The notes under the pieces were generated by a model. It saw only the letters and a list, made by a program, of their open reading frames with translations, did no database searches and was not told the origin of the DNA. DNA of 64,000 bases from contig NC_058368.1 in the NCBI RefSeq assembly GCF_018350175.1, forward strand, positions 183,646,001 to 183,710,000, given 5' to 3'. The translations under genes were made by a program, and so were the position numbers. The first letter of the stretch is position 1. Every line of letters starts with the position of its first letter. The stretch comes from Felis catus. Taxonomy: Eukaryota. Of the stretch, positions 26,178 through 39,505 are shown one piece after another.

Positions 26178-26399
26178 TTATTTATTTATTATTTATTTAT
26201 TTTTATTTATTTATGAGAGAAAGAGAGAGAGAGAGAGCGCACAAGCAGGATAGAGAGACAGAGGGAGAGAGACTCTTAAGCAGGCTCCACATTCAGCCTG
26301 AAGTTCAACTTGGTGCTCCATGCTCCCTCCCATGAACCTGGGATCATGAATTGTGCTGAAATAAAGAGTCGGATGCTCAACTAAGCCACCCAAGCATCC
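26143..26399 (-). mobile_element. Can-SINE with (TCTA)n(TTTA)n tail
   Basis: Reverse-complement SINE; tail expanded into a tetranucleotide repeat. Confidence 0.93.
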
Positions 26400-26477
26400 T
26401 TGAAATTCTTTAAATTATATAGCTTAACATAAAATACAATATAATTACTGGAGCAATGCATTTCTCATTATTTGTGA

Positions 26478-26481
26478 GAAA

Positions 26482-26528
<47 letters not shown>

Positions 26529-26530
26529 AA
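26478..26530. repeat. (AAAT)n microsatellite
   Basis: Directly visible. Confidence 0.95.
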
Positions 26531-26721
26531 TTAAAATTAAATATTCCTAAATTTTGGAAATTATTACATAGGAGGTATATAATTTCCATACCTGAAATTT
26601 TAGTTAAAGAAAGGTAACAAGTGCCCAACAATCTGACAATAAAATGTGCAATTCTTGTTTTGCTCTGTTTTCTTTAGTCACCTACAGAATTTCAATAGAT
26701 AATAAGAAAAGAATATGCAAT

Positions 26722-26927
26722 GGGGTACGTGGGTGGCTCAGTCAGCTGAGTGTCTGACTCTTGGTTTCAGCTCAGGTCATGATCTTGCAGTTCATGAGTT
26801 TGAGCCCTGCATCAGGCTCTGCATTGACAGGGCAGAGCCTGCTTGGGATCCTCTCTCCCTTTCTCTCTGCCTCTATCCAACTCTCATGCTTTCTCTCTCT
26901 CAAAATAAATAAATAAACTTAAAAAAA
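26722..26927 (+). mobile_element. Can-SINE
   Basis: Complete; TSD aagaaaagaatatgcaat / aagaaaataatatacaat. Confidence 0.95.
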
Positions 26928-28852
26928 GAAAATAATATACAATTTCATGCCCAGGACTTTGTTTCAACCATTCAATATTTTATATAAACAAAACAAATTT
27001 TCAAAAGTGATTTCTTACTAGGAAGTAATAGCTATAGACTTTATTATTATAAACACTTGAATGTACTGTACAGATTTCCTCAACAATAATTATGAGTACT
27101 GAAAATCTGATAAAAAATGGTTATCTATAAGTGAGCCACCATGTTCTTTCAACAGGTACAAAATTTCATCAGAAATTTAGTTTTGTCAGGAAGTAGCTAG
27201 ATTTGATATTGGCTGTTTTTATTCCCTATCACTCACTATTTTTCTTTGAAAATAATATATAACATTTTGTTTGGAATGACACATAAGTAATTTTATTCAT
27301 CTTTGTAATAAATTTCCTTACATGTCAATCCTTGGTTGGTCTTGAAGAGCTTAGGATATTTCATAAAATTTAGGAAATAGTGATAATAATAAACTATTTG
27401 AACTATGAAAGAATCACTTGCAAATTCAATATACCCTACAAGATATAAAATAAACAATTTCACTGAGTTCTCTACTGAAATGACCACTTGTTTTCATGGA
27501 GGGAAATGGCATGGATCCAGCTCAAGTGAGTAACTAGGCAAGTGGATTCATGCAAATGTATTTTAAAAGAAAATTATCTCCTTTTGAAGAATAAGAACAT
27601 ATATGATCAATTGCACCTCACATCCTCAGGTTCCCTACATGAGGCTATTGAAGTTAAATGGACCCATCACATTAGTTAAACAACTTGCCTATAAAACTAC
27701 CCCTCTTTTTGCAACTTTGTGTTTTAATACATTTATTTAATAAGGAAACAATCCTGACAGTAAGAATACAATCTTATGGTGTAATTTGGTTCTTTAGATT
27801 TTAAAAGCTGAGCACTACACGGTTTAGATCTATTGCATAATGAAAGTTTTGGCTCATTTGAAGGAGAAATAGGTACTCTGTGCCAGGAACGTCTGTGTTT
27901 GTGTTGTACAAGTAAGTATGTTTGCATGTGTAATTTCCACACATCCATATCCTTGCTGATGATAGCAAGGATCTAATAGATCTATTTGACGTAGAAGACT
28001 CATGCCATTAATATACATGTATGTAAAACCTTTACATTGGTGGTGAAAATTATTTTTCCCTAAGCATATTTGTTCATTGACACTTTAAAATTTGGGGCTC
28101 ATCACTGCAATATTTGTGATATCAAGTTGCATGAACAGTTTATGATTTTAGAGTATTTTTTCTTTCAGAGAGGGGTATATAAAAAACCTTTAAAGGAAGT
28201 GCCAAATGGTAAATATAAAATAAAATTGAGCAGTGAGGAAAAGTGTTTATCAAATGGCATAATTATTTACTAATTATTCACTTTACACTTGCAAAATATG
28301 GTACAGTGTTCGTGTTTGTAATAGCTTTCATTTTTCATATGAAAGCATATCCATAAATATTTGTCTAAGTAAAGACCTGCTCTGTGTACAAATGATTGTT
28401 GAAACTGAGTGCTTGGAAAGTAGATCTTCAATGTTTTCACTGAGAAATAATGAAAACATATTTGATAAATAATTCATTTAACACCTGCTGTGCATAATAA
28501 TCACTCATGATGTTGGGAGTTCTTTCTGAAATAGTTCTCCAAATAAGTTGTCCTTTGCACAGAGTTGTTCCAGTGAGGAGACTTAAAAGTTTGTGATATT
28601 TCAGTAAGCATGTTGGTTTAGGAATTAATACAAAGAAATTGTTCCCTGAAGCTTTCTGTAAATGATTTTATCTCAAATGTGCAAATGGCTTGGTCAAGGT
28701 TTAAATAAGAATTTTCTGAAAGGGAAAGCATTATGCACGTCCTAAATCAAGCTACACTTTTTAATTTTTTCAAATATCTATCAATGTAGCATATTAAACT
28801 TTTAAAATGTTTTAAAACAGGTATGAAAGAAAAATTATCATTATATGTTCAT

Positions 28853-29025
28853 GCTTCCCAATGTGTCTTCCTGAAAGCCTCGAAGAGGAACTTCTTACTA
28901 ATGCAAATTTTCAGTCCCTGACCAGACTGACTATTTTATCAGAAACTCAGGAGGTGGGGCCCAGCCATCCAAGTTTTAATGAGCCCTGAAGGGGGTTCTC
29001 ATGCTTGTTCAAGTTTAAGAACCCT
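28853..29025 (+). mobile_element. MER5A (hAT-Charlie relic)
   Basis: AATGCAAATTTTCAG..ATCAGAAACTC..GGTGGGGCCCAGC..TTTTAATGAGCCCT..CAAGTTTAAGAACC. Confidence 0.8.
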
Positions 29026-29752
29026 TACGTATGTAATAAGGGTGCCATCTGAAGCTAAAGGTTTCCATACTATTATTATGTCAGAAATGCTTAACATGTC
29101 TGAAGAATAAGAATTTATGAAACCGATAAAATATACCAACATTTGTATTAAGCGTGAAAAAAATATTTTTGCACTTTTTACTTTCAAGTGTATAATTAAA
29201 TAATTTTCATAGAAGCAGACTCAGTCTTTTCATCAATTTCAGAATTTTTTTGTATTTCATATTTAATATTTCATAGCTTAAGAATATATACTTTGAGAAA
29301 GTTTCAAGATGGTACAAATACAAACCAGTTTCACAGTGTAAAAAGAACATCTTTTATTTCTTTTGTGTATTCAAGACACAGAGTATGTACTGTAAATTCT
29401 TTCTAATAATCATAATCATAATAATGATATTGGTAATAGGATCTCAGCCTTTACTGTCCCAGATGGTTTTAATAACAGAATAATGACTCACACATGGAAA
29501 GCAAGGAGTTTTTCAACAAATTCAAATACATCTGATTTTTCATAAGATATCCCTTTTTCGTTTTTCTGATCCCTGATGCTGGACAGTTGGTCATGAATTT
29601 AGAATCTTTAAATTCCTCAAAACATTTACTTAGTTGAAATTATTTCATTCCACCTGAAAATGCTTTTCCATACCCTAATCTCACTAATAACAGAAATTTC
29701 TTCTCTTAGATGTGCTCAACAAATGTTGTGATGAGTAAATAATAAATAAATT

Positions 29753-29812
29753 AATAAAATAAAATAAAATAAAATAAAATAAAATAAAATAAAATAAAAT
29801 AAAATAAAAATA
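29753..29812. repeat. (TAAAA)n pentanucleotide repeat
   Basis: Directly visible. Confidence 0.95.
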
Positions 29813-29851
29813 AGGTTACCTTAACCATTACCGTGTTCTGGAATGTGTTTT

Positions 29852-30059
29852 AATTTTTTTTATGTTTATTTATTTTTAGGAGGGAGACAGAGCATGAGCA
29901 GGGGAGGGGCAGAGAGAGACAGAGACACAGAATCTGAAGCAGGCTCCAAGCACTGAGCTCTCAGCACAGAGCCCAATTTGGGACTCGAACTCACGAACTG
30001 TGACATCATGACCTGGGCTGAAGTTGGAGGCTTAACTGACTGAGCCACCCAGGTGCCCC
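29852..30059 (-). mobile_element. Can-SINE (feliform)
   Basis: Complete; TSD tggaatgtgtttt / tgaaatgtgtattt. Confidence 0.95.
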
Positions 30060-32669
30060 TGAAATGTGTATTTAGAATAAAGATAGTGTTAATATAAATC
30101 TAGTGCTTATGACAGTTCTCTGGGACATAAATATTGATTCCGTAATGGAAATCATGGAATGACTGAGATTTAGCAACAATAGAGATAGTAGGCAGAAAGC
30201 CTAAGACAAAATTTAGGTGTTGATAAATCAATAAAATGTAAAAAATAAAATAAAATCAGAAAAGTACTTGACTAAATATAAATTATACTAAAAGTGATTG
30301 AGTTTATTGCATAAGCTGTGGCTTCATTACTATAAGAATGGCATGAAAAAACAAATAAAGAAAACAGAAAGGAGAGTCTCCAAAATTAAAAACACTAAAT
30401 AGGAATTTGAGAAAAAGGAGAAGAAAATGTTAAGCAGAAACTAACAATTGTTATCTTTAAGCAGGAGATCATTTGGGGATTTCATAAACAAACAATAAAA
30501 TACGGAAAATCAGTTTCATAGCAGCAGGGGAACCTCACTAGAGAGTAGGGCCTGAGTGTAGCATGATGTAATATTTAAAGGCTGATACTGTAGTGCCGAC
30601 CTTCTTGAATATGTTACCATTCAACCCAATATGCTTTCTAATATGTTTACTGGACTTAACAGCCAAATATTTCAAATATGTTTGTTGTATAAAATGCAAA
30701 TATAATCCTCCCTCATAAATGGGATTTGAACCAGATATTGTGCTAAAACCACAAGTTTAAGATTTTTAACTATAGGCAACAGATGATTTTATGTATGTAT
30801 TTCTTTTGTCAATAGCACCTTTATTGTAAGCGTTTCTAAAAAGCTGTGAAACTTTCTCAGTTAATTGAGAAAGTATTTTAACCACCACCACCCCATCCAT
30901 GGCACACTCTTAGTTATCAAACATGTATTGGTCATGGAAGTTAATTAAACCCGCTTCTGAAAGTTCTGTTTGCAGATGCCTTACAGTTGGCCACTTGGAG
31001 AGAGATCAGGTAAGGAGATATTTGTATGCAACTGTGCAAGAACAACTCTTGACAGAATGTAAAGTGGAAACCTGCCTTCACAAATCTAGTTTCCCTCTTG
31101 TTGTTGTTGTTTGTTTGTTTGTTTTAGTTAGCTCTGTCTGGAGCAAGAGTGCTAAGAGAGCTGCCGCTGTGAATGTTTGTTTCCACAAAACTGCCCACCT
31201 GATTGACACATCCTGATTCCAGTAATTTGCCTCCAAGCACTATGTTGCCACTCAAGGAGGTAACGTGGACAGAGCTCTGGTTTCTTAGTACCAGCTACTC
31301 CCCACCCCAAGAACCTATTATAAGTTTCTCAAAGAAACTTGAATGTTTCAATTCAGTGTTGAAACGGAATTGTTTTCAACCCTTTTTATTACAAAATATC
31401 TCACATACAAAAGTAAACAAAAGTATACAGCAGAGTAATCACCAATACCTGTTAATAGTCACCAATTAGATTAAGAAACAGACCATTGCTAGCAACCTAG
31501 AAATCCAACCGTTATATACCCTCTCAATAACTACCTACTCCCCACTTCTAAAAGGTAACTGAATTTAATGGTAATCACTTTATATTTCCTTTATATTTTA
31601 TACCAATCAATCATAAAACCCTAACCAGTTTGGTTTATTTTTGAAAGAAACATGAATAAACGTTATCATACAGCACATAGATTTTATGTCAGGAGTCATT
31701 CATCCAATGAATATTATATTTTTAAGATTCAGCCATGTTTTTCAGTGTAGTTGTGGGTCTTTTGTTTCCATTGATGTATATTATTCCATTATTTGTATGA
31801 TAATTCTATTTACCCAAATATCCTAAACAATGCTGTTATGAATGTTTTCGTACATGTCCCTCGCATGTTCTTTGTACTATCTAGGATTACAATTGCTCCT
31901 ACAGGGAGTATGTATAAATTACATTTAGGAGAAAGGATCAACATTCCAAAATGATTCTTACTACCTTCTGCAATATAAGAGAGCTTCCAGGGTTGTACAC
32001 CTTAGCCAACATGGAGTTGCATTCTTTTTAATTTTAACCATCCGAATGGGTACATACTGGTGTCCCATTACGTTTTAATCTTCATTTCCTTGAATACCAA
32101 TAAGGTCAAGAATGTTCTTTAGACTTTTATATGACACTTGGGTACCTTATTCAAGCCTCTTGCCCATTTCTCTGATGCATTCTTTTGCGTTTCTTTCATT
32201 AGTTAGTCAGAGTTCTTTAAACATTCTGGATACCAGTCCTTTATCCACTTACATATTGTAAATAAATTCTTGCACTCTGTGAATTGCCTTTTTATTATTT
32301 TAATGGCATTTTTTGGAAAATTAGTTTAATGTTGAATTTAATGTTGTCCAATTACCAATATTTCCCTTTATGGTTAATGCTTTGTGTGTTCTATTTAAGA
32401 AATATTGTTCCACTCCACTGTAAAGATATTCCTTTATATTAGCTTCTAAAATTTTTGTCTTTATTTCTCACATAAATTTATAATTTCCTGAAACGTATTT
32501 TCAATATATGGCATGAGGTAGCAGTCAGGATGCACTATTTTCCATTTGTATAATCAACAGTTCCACCATCATTCACTAAAGGCACAATCATTTCCTATTG
32601 TTCTACATTACCATTCATGTTTGAATTAAGGGTCTATATATGTATGCATCTACTGATATGATGTATTTT

Positions 32670-32880
32670 TTTTTAAAGTTTGTCAACATTTATTATTGAG
32701 AGACAGAGACAAAGCATGAACATGGGAGGGGCAGAGAGAGGAGGTGACACAGAATCCAAAGCAGGCTCCAGGCTCTGAGCTGTCAGCACAGAGCCTGACA
32801 TGGGGCTCAAACCCATGAACCACGATACCATGACCTGAGCTAAAGTCAGACGCTTAACCAACTGAGCCACCCAGGTGCCC
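32670..32880 (-). mobile_element. Can-SINE (feliform)
   Basis: Complete; perfect TSD ctgatatgatgtatttt. Confidence 0.96.
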
Positions 32881-33632
32881 CTGATATGATGTATTTTATG
32901 TTCTACTGATCATCTATTCTTGCACAAATAAGATGTCCACTTTACTGCATTGTGATATTAGTCCCAATGTCTGATACGGCAAGTCCTCCCCCTTTGCTCT
33001 TCTTCAAGGCAGATATGATGGCAATAAGCATTTTGCACTTTTTTATCAGTTTTAGTGTAGGCCCATCATGTTCCATAAAAACTCCTGTTGGGATTTTCAT
33101 TCAGTGTGCAATGGATCCAAAGGTAAGCTTAGGGAAAGTCAGAATCATTAAAAAAGTGAATCTTTTACTTCAAAAATATGATACACACATCAATTTACTT
33201 ACATTTAAAAAAAAAATTTCTCCCTGTAATACTTGGTAGTTTCTTCCCATTGCACTGTGTCTGCTAGCTTTACTATTTGATATTCTTATGCTATTTTAAG
33301 ACGTTGTTTTAGAATTTTGCTTTTTATTTGTAACTATAAAAAATGTAGTGGAGTTTTATACTTGGATTTGCATCCACAAGCCTTGCTAAAATACGTTACT
33401 GATTTTAATACTTTATTTGTATTCTTTTGTTTCTATCTACATATTGTATGTGAATGTGAGTTCTTCCTTGGTTTACTGAAAAGTTAAGGTCTCCGATAAA
33501 ATGTTGAAGACTGGTAACAGCAGCTATCTATGTCTCCATTTTAAATTGAATATTTTCAAAAATTTCAATATTAAGAACTACTTTTCCTAGACCTTTTTGT
33601 GGTATATACATGTATTAGAAAACCAAAACTAA

Positions 33633-33815
33633 GGGTGCCTGGTTGGCTGACAGTTGATTAAGCATCCTATTCTTAATTTTGGCTCAGGTCATGATCTCAC
33701 AGTTTGTGAGTTCAAGTACCATATCAGGCTCTGTGCTGATAACACAGAACCTGCTTGGGATTCTCTCTCTTTCCCTCAATAAACTTAAAAAAATAAAAAT
33801 AAAAAAAAATAAACA
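33633..33815 (+). mobile_element. Can-SINE
   Basis: GGGTGCCTGGTTGGCTGA..CAGGTCATGATCTC..A-rich tail. Confidence 0.92.
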
Positions 33816-34431
33816 TAAAAGGTATGACTTTAGTCTAAAATTTTTAAAGGCATGAATAAACCCTGAATGCTATCCAGCCCTCTCTTTCACACATTTTTGA
33901 GATGATGATATGATTTTTCTTCTTCTGTTAATATGTTACATTAAATTAATTGATTTTTAATGTTAAACTAACTTTATAAAACCAATCTGGTTATGATGTA
34001 TTATCCTTTTTATGTATTCCTGAATTAAGTTTGCTAATTATTTAATTAGGGTTTGGAACTCTACAGTAATGTTTAAGATCAGGATAAACATGTTCTCTCC
34101 TAAAGTGTTCCATCCTCATAATATGAGTTGGAAAGCATTTGTGCTGTTCTTTGTTTTTTGCTTTCATGTTTTTTTTTAATTTTCCTGAAGTTTTTGTGCA
34201 AGACTAAATTATCCATTGTTTAAATATTAGGAAGTGCTCACCAGTGAAGGCATCCAGGCCTAGATTTTTGTTTTGTATTGCTTTGTGATGTTTTCCATAA
34301 ATTAAAAAAAAATGTTTTTGTAGAAAGGCTTTTAAGTTGGGATTAAATTTACTTAGTACTCACAAAGTAATTCAAATTTCTATTTTCCTGTGTCTGCTAT
34401 AATGTCATTTTAAGTTTTTAAAATTGGTCAT

Positions 34432-34667
34432 GGGCAATCTGGGTGGCTCAGAAGGTTGTGGCTGACTCTAGATTTCGGCTCAGGTCATGATCCCAGGGTT
34501 GTGGGATCAAGCCCCGCATCAGGCTCCATGCTGAGCGGAGCCTGCTTAAGATTGTCTTTCTCTCTCTCTCTCTCTCTCTCCTTCTGCCCTGCTCATACAC
34601 ACTCTCTCTCTAAAAATAAATTAGAATAAAATAAAATAAAATAAAATAAAATAAAATAAAATAAAAT
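34432..34667 (+). mobile_element. Can-SINE with (TAAAA)n tail
   Basis: Complete; TSD aaaattggtcat / aaaatagttcat. Confidence 0.93.
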
Positions 34668-34709
34668 AGTTCATTATTTCCTGTTAGAAGTTTGTTTTTT
34701 TCTTAAGTT

Positions 34710-35020
34710 AAAACTTTATTTTTTTAAAGAAGTTTAAGGTTCATAGTAAAACTGAGAAGTTCCAGAGATTTCTCATATATTCTCTCCATACATGCAGAGT
34801 CTCCTCCATTATCAACATCTTCTATCAGAGTAGTATATTTGTTACCACACATCATAATCATCCAAAGTCTATAGTTTACATGAGAGCTCAATCTTGGTGT
34901 TTTTTATTCTATGGGTTTAGACAAATATACAACTGTGTCTATCATTATGGTATCATACAGAGTACTTCCACTGACCCAAAAATTCTCTGTCTTCTACCTA
35001 TTCATCTCTAAATCCCAGAA
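34710..35020 (-). mobile_element. L1MC-like 3'UTR fragment
   Basis: Reverse-complement homologous to 18290-18610 (e.g. CATTATGGTATCATACAGAGTA). Confidence 0.8.
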
Positions 35021-35304
35021 GACATAATTGAAATCATTTAATGAAGCTAATATTCATCTAGATATTCCCACATATTTACCCCTTCCTGATATTATTTATC
35101 TTCTTGTAGTTTCTTGCTTTCCTCAAGGTTATTTTATATTAAAGAACCCCTTCAGTGTTTCATATTTTGACTCCTCAAGCCTTCTGGAGGAGGATACAGA
35201 GTATGGCTGTGGAGTCAAAATATGTAATCTACATTAAAAAATGGGCCAATGAATGAAAAAAATATTTTAAGAGTATTCAAAGTTAATACAGTATTTCCAT
35301 TTTC

Positions 35305-36147
35305 TGCTATGTATTTTCTAATACTACCACACAAATTTCCAATGCTCAGTGGACTGTGACCGGGTATCCTACAAATTTAGATAAATTTTGACACTATTTG
35401 GTGTAAAGGTCAGATCCCACAGGTTAAGAGGTCAGTCCTATATATAAGACTGCCCCCACTTCAGATACCCATCACAAGTGCAGGATGTTACTTATGCTTC
35501 TGACTTACTGGCTATAAACCATAGGTTCCTCAGACCTCTTTGGGGGTTTGGTTAATTTTCTAGAATGGTCCACAGAACTCAGCAGTTTGCTTACTAGATT
35601 AGTGGATTCTACAAAGAATATTAAAGGATATGAGTGAACAGCCAGATGAAGAGATACATATGGCAAGATCTAGAAGGGTCTCAAATACAGGAGCTTCTGT
35701 CTCTGGGGAGTGTGGGGTGTGAGACCCTTCTAGGGCATGGTTTCATTCTGGTTCACTAGCCGGGAAGCTCATTGAACCAAATCCTTCGTTGTTTTATGGA
35801 GTTATTTTATGGAGGTTTCTGAGCACAAGTAATTAAATCATTAGCTACTGGTGATTAAACATCTCAAGCCCCACTTTCCTTCCCAGAAGTCAGGGTTGGG
35901 CTGAAGTTCCAAAGTTCTTATCATTGATTCCTCTGGAAACCAGCCTCCATCCTTAGGGGCTTTTCAAATGTCACTTCATATATATAATCTCAGATGTGGT
36001 TGAAAGGGGCTTGTTATAAATAACAACGTGCTCCTTTTACCTTTATTGCTCTTACTAGTCAGGAAATTCCAAGAGGTTTAGGAGCTCTGTGACAGAAATG
36101 GGATAAAGACCAAACACATACCTCTTTTTATAAATCACTGTATTACA
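35305..36147 (-). mobile_element. MER21-type solo LTR
   Basis: TCAGATCCCACAGGTTAAG..AAGACTGCCCCCACTTCAGAT; minus-strand start TGTAATACAGTGATTTATAA..TTTGGTCTT..CACAGAGCTCCTAAA..TTGGAATTTCCT. Confidence 0.8.
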
Positions 36148-37217
36148 CACTCAAAAATAAAAATTTGTGAAAAGATGATGGCATTTAAAATAATTTAAAA
36201 GAAAAATTACCATTTTTCTCAATCTCATAGGCAACTCAGTCATTCTAAATATGATTTAATTGTATTAATGTATGCATATGTATACTGTGGTCCATCCAAA
36301 AACAATTTATGGTACCCATTGATTTCTAAGCACAAGCATATTTCAGTGACAGCACAGGCCTGGGAGGATATTTGAATGTTACAAAATGTATCAGTGTAAC
36401 CAGATTAAAGGCAACTTTTAAGGACCAACTTTTAATATAGAAAAGTCATACTATACTGTTTTTCTAAAATTATTACTTTTAAAATTATTTTATTTTTTTA
36501 CATGCAATACTCTACCGTTTTTGTTCACTGAAGCCACTAGTGGCCCAATGAGAGACCAGAGACAAACTCAGAATTACTTGAAGTTCCTAATGAAAATGAA
36601 AACTCCATATGAAGTCTACCCTTTACCCATAAATAGAATGAAATCCAGAATCCCCTTTGTAACATGCTTTTCAGATGACTGTTAATACACTAGAGTTTTC
36701 AAATTGCTACAGTAAGACCCTGGGACTATCTCTCTCACCAATATAACCCATTAGCTAATTCTGTATGAAGAATTCTGGTTACCACTATTTGAAACTCATG
36801 CTAACAAAAGCAAAATATCAGAAAATACTTTGCTTTAGATATTAGCCTCATTCTTGGGGTTGTGACCAGTTGAGCATGAAGAACACAAAAATATACCCTT
36901 TTGTTTACTTGTAGAATTGACTGAGTTTTTGCTCTCTGTAGTTGACATAGCAGATTTCCTATACAGAAAGAGAGGTAGATGATACCTTCACACTGCTCAA
37001 CTATTTAAATGTAAGGACTGTCTTTCCTCTTCTAGAAAATTACATCACTTCATCATTTGACATTTATTATGAGACAAAATTTTAGACTACTTCATATTAC
37101 TTCATTTTAATGCTTTGAATAATACCAGATAATGTATTCACCTTTTGGAATAAATTCCACTTTGTTTGCAAAACTAAAATTTACACTTTCAAAGCAATTA
37201 TTTCAAGTGGCTCCACC

Positions 37218-37428
37218 TTTCTTTTAATAAATGTTTACTTATTTTGTAGAGAGAGAGAGAGAGAGACAAAGAGAGAGAGAGACAGAGACAGAATATGCAG
37301 GGGAGGAGCAGAGAGAGAGGAAGAGATTGAATCCCAAGCACAGGATCACACCCATGAACTGTGAGATCATGACCTGAGCCAAAACCAAGAGTCAGGACAC
37401 TTAACCAACTGAGCCACCCAGGGGCCCC
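37218..37428 (-). mobile_element. Can-SINE
   Basis: Complete; TSD aagtggctccaccttt / aagtggatcaaccttt. Confidence 0.95.
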
Positions 37429-37703
37429 AAAGTGGATCAACCTTTAATCTGGCTACCTGTGCAGTTTATTTTTCTCCCATAATTCAACATATTTTATCTT
37501 CCAAGGCAACACAGAAAGGGGGTGCCCCTATCATTCACAGGCAAAGGTGCATGAAGCCCAAAAAATAACAGTAGAGATTACAAATTTAAAAGATAATTCA
37601 AAATAGAAAGTATTAACACATGGAATATTTTGGTAACATTTTAGATAAGATTTTAAGTCTAACAATGATACAGTGGCTAAAACACCTCGGCCAACTAATT
37701 TTC

Positions 37704-38052
37704 ATATAGTACAGTGCTTAAGCGCTTAGATATGGAAGTCACACAAACATGAGAGAAATTCTGGCCTTGCAAAGTGAGAGGGACAAATGGCTTCCTTTCC
37801 AAGGAAACCTTAAATTTTTCATTTAAAAGCTTGGCATAAAATAGTACCTACTTAGAAGTAGATACTGAGTCCCAGCGGAACATTCATTCCATAAAGGCAA
37901 GAACTTTTCTTATTCACTATTATATTGCAGACACCTAAAACATTATCTAGCAAATGGTAGGCATTTGACAAATAATTAATGAATTAAATATGTCAAAATG
38001 CAAGATGTTTAGCACAGTGTTTAGCATTGCAAGACAATAGCTATTATTGTTG
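37704..38052 (+). mobile_element. MIR with embedded L2 3' end
   Basis: MIR head and tail flank CCATAAAGGCAAG..TTCACTAT..CACCTAAAACA..GGTAGGCATT..AAAT (L2 tail). Confidence 0.5.
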
Positions 38053-38499
38053 TCTTAATGGGTTTCAAGATATTTACAATCATATATTGCCCATTTTATA
38101 AAACCATCTATGTCCTTTTTCTCCATACATTTCTAACATGTTCCAAATAGTTAACAAAACCTAAGTATAAATATTTAGGTTGCTGTAGAGAAATGATACA
38201 AGAATCAATATTTTCCAACTCATATTTGACCAGAGGCAATTATAATTTACTTCACAAGAGCCCACTATAATATGATGTTGAGAACTTTATTAAGCTATTT
38301 GAAGATTTTGAAGTTATCAAGAAACACTTAAGGATAAGCTTTGTATTCATAATATTGCAATGGGAACAAACATAAGAGGGTTAAAAAAGCAAAGCTTAAT
38401 TTTCAGATGTATAGTTGCACTGAACTTGTTTCATAACTGAATGCACATTTTTTTTAATGAAAAACTATAATGACACCATCAGTCAAGTTGGCTTGAAAG

Positions 38500-38739
38500 T
38501 TTTTTCTTTTAATTAATTAATTTATTTATTTTAGGCTTATTTATTTATTTTGAGAGAGTGAGAGAGAAAATGAGCATGAGCAGAGGAGGGGCAGAGAAAG
38601 AGGGAGAGACAACCCCAAGCTGGCTCCACGATATCAGCACGGAGCTCCACACATGGGGTTCAATTCCACAACCCCGAAGTTCATGACCTGAGTTGAAATC
38701 AAGAGTCATGACACTTAACTGACAGCCACCCAGGTGCCC
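38500..38739 (-). mobile_element. Can-SINE
   Basis: Reverse-complement SINE, complete. Confidence 0.94.
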
Positions 38740-38854
38740 TATCTCATGTAAACCTTTTAAACACAGTTCTCAATTCATATACATCTGCCTTTATTCCTGA
38801 GTCCCCTAAAGTTTTAAGGTTTTCATATGTTGAGCACATTGATGTTCCTTGGGT

Positions 38855-38893
38855 TGTTTTTTTGTTTGTTTGTGTGTGTTTGTTTTTGTTCTG

Positions 38894-38925
<32 letters not shown>

Positions 38926-39059
38926 TTGATTTATTTAATTTGAGAGAGAGTACCCATGCCCATTGCAGAGCCTGGTGCAAAGTGCTATTTCACCCCTGTG
39001 AGATCATGGCCTGATCTGAAATCAAGAGTAGGCTGCTTAACTGAGTGACACAGTTGCCC
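38855..39059 (-). mobile_element. Can-SINE (internally deleted, long poly-T)
   Basis: TGTGAGATCATGGCCTGATCTGAAATCAAGAG..GCTTAACTGAG. Confidence 0.85.
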
Positions 39060-39137
39060 TGACAGAGATCTTTTTATGCTATGGATACTAATAAATGTTT
39101 TCTCCACTGATTAATATTATAATAATACCACAGAGAC

Positions 39138-39225
39138 TACTTGCAATTCTCCCTCTCCATCTCTCTCTCTGACCTTTCCCCACTCACATGCACACTCTTT
39201 CTCTCAAAAATAAACTTAATTTTTT
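39138..39225 (+). mobile_element. Can-SINE 3' fragment
   Basis: CT tract, CCCCACTCAC..CTCTCAAAAATAAA. Confidence 0.7.
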
Positions 39226-39505
39226 TTAAAGAAGGCTTACATGAGAATCATACATTTTGAAGTAAAATCTTGAGATTATCTCTAGCTGTGTGATTTTGAA
39301 AAATTTAAAGTCTACAAGTCGCATCTTCTTTTTCTGTTAAATGGATATTCAAAGGAATGAATAAAATTAAATAAAACAAGCAAGGTGTTTAGAATATTTC
39401 CTAGCATAAAACAAGAACTTGATAAAAGCCATTTTTTACTTTTTCTATAAATTCAAGGCAAATTATAACTATATGAAGGTATTCATGATATAGAAATTGA
39501 AATTA

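Larger units (their letters stand above)
31380..34400 (-). mobile_element. Old LINE-1 (L1ME-like) 3' part, carrying SINE insertions
   Basis: Decayed L1 motifs: TTTTAAGATTCAGCCATGTT, AATGCTGTTATGAATGTT, ATTCTGGATACCAGTCCTTTATC, GCCTTGCTAAA, CCAGTGAAGGCATCCAGGCC. Confidence 0.75.

Noticed and set aside
27798..27911. Plus-strand AG...GTAAGT 114-nt exon-like segment
   Set aside because: Stops in all three frames and a weak pyrimidine tract; no other support
18290..35020. Long-range inverted similarity between 18290-18610 and 34710-35020
   Set aside because: Two independent, diverged copies of the same old L1 3'UTR, not termini of one element
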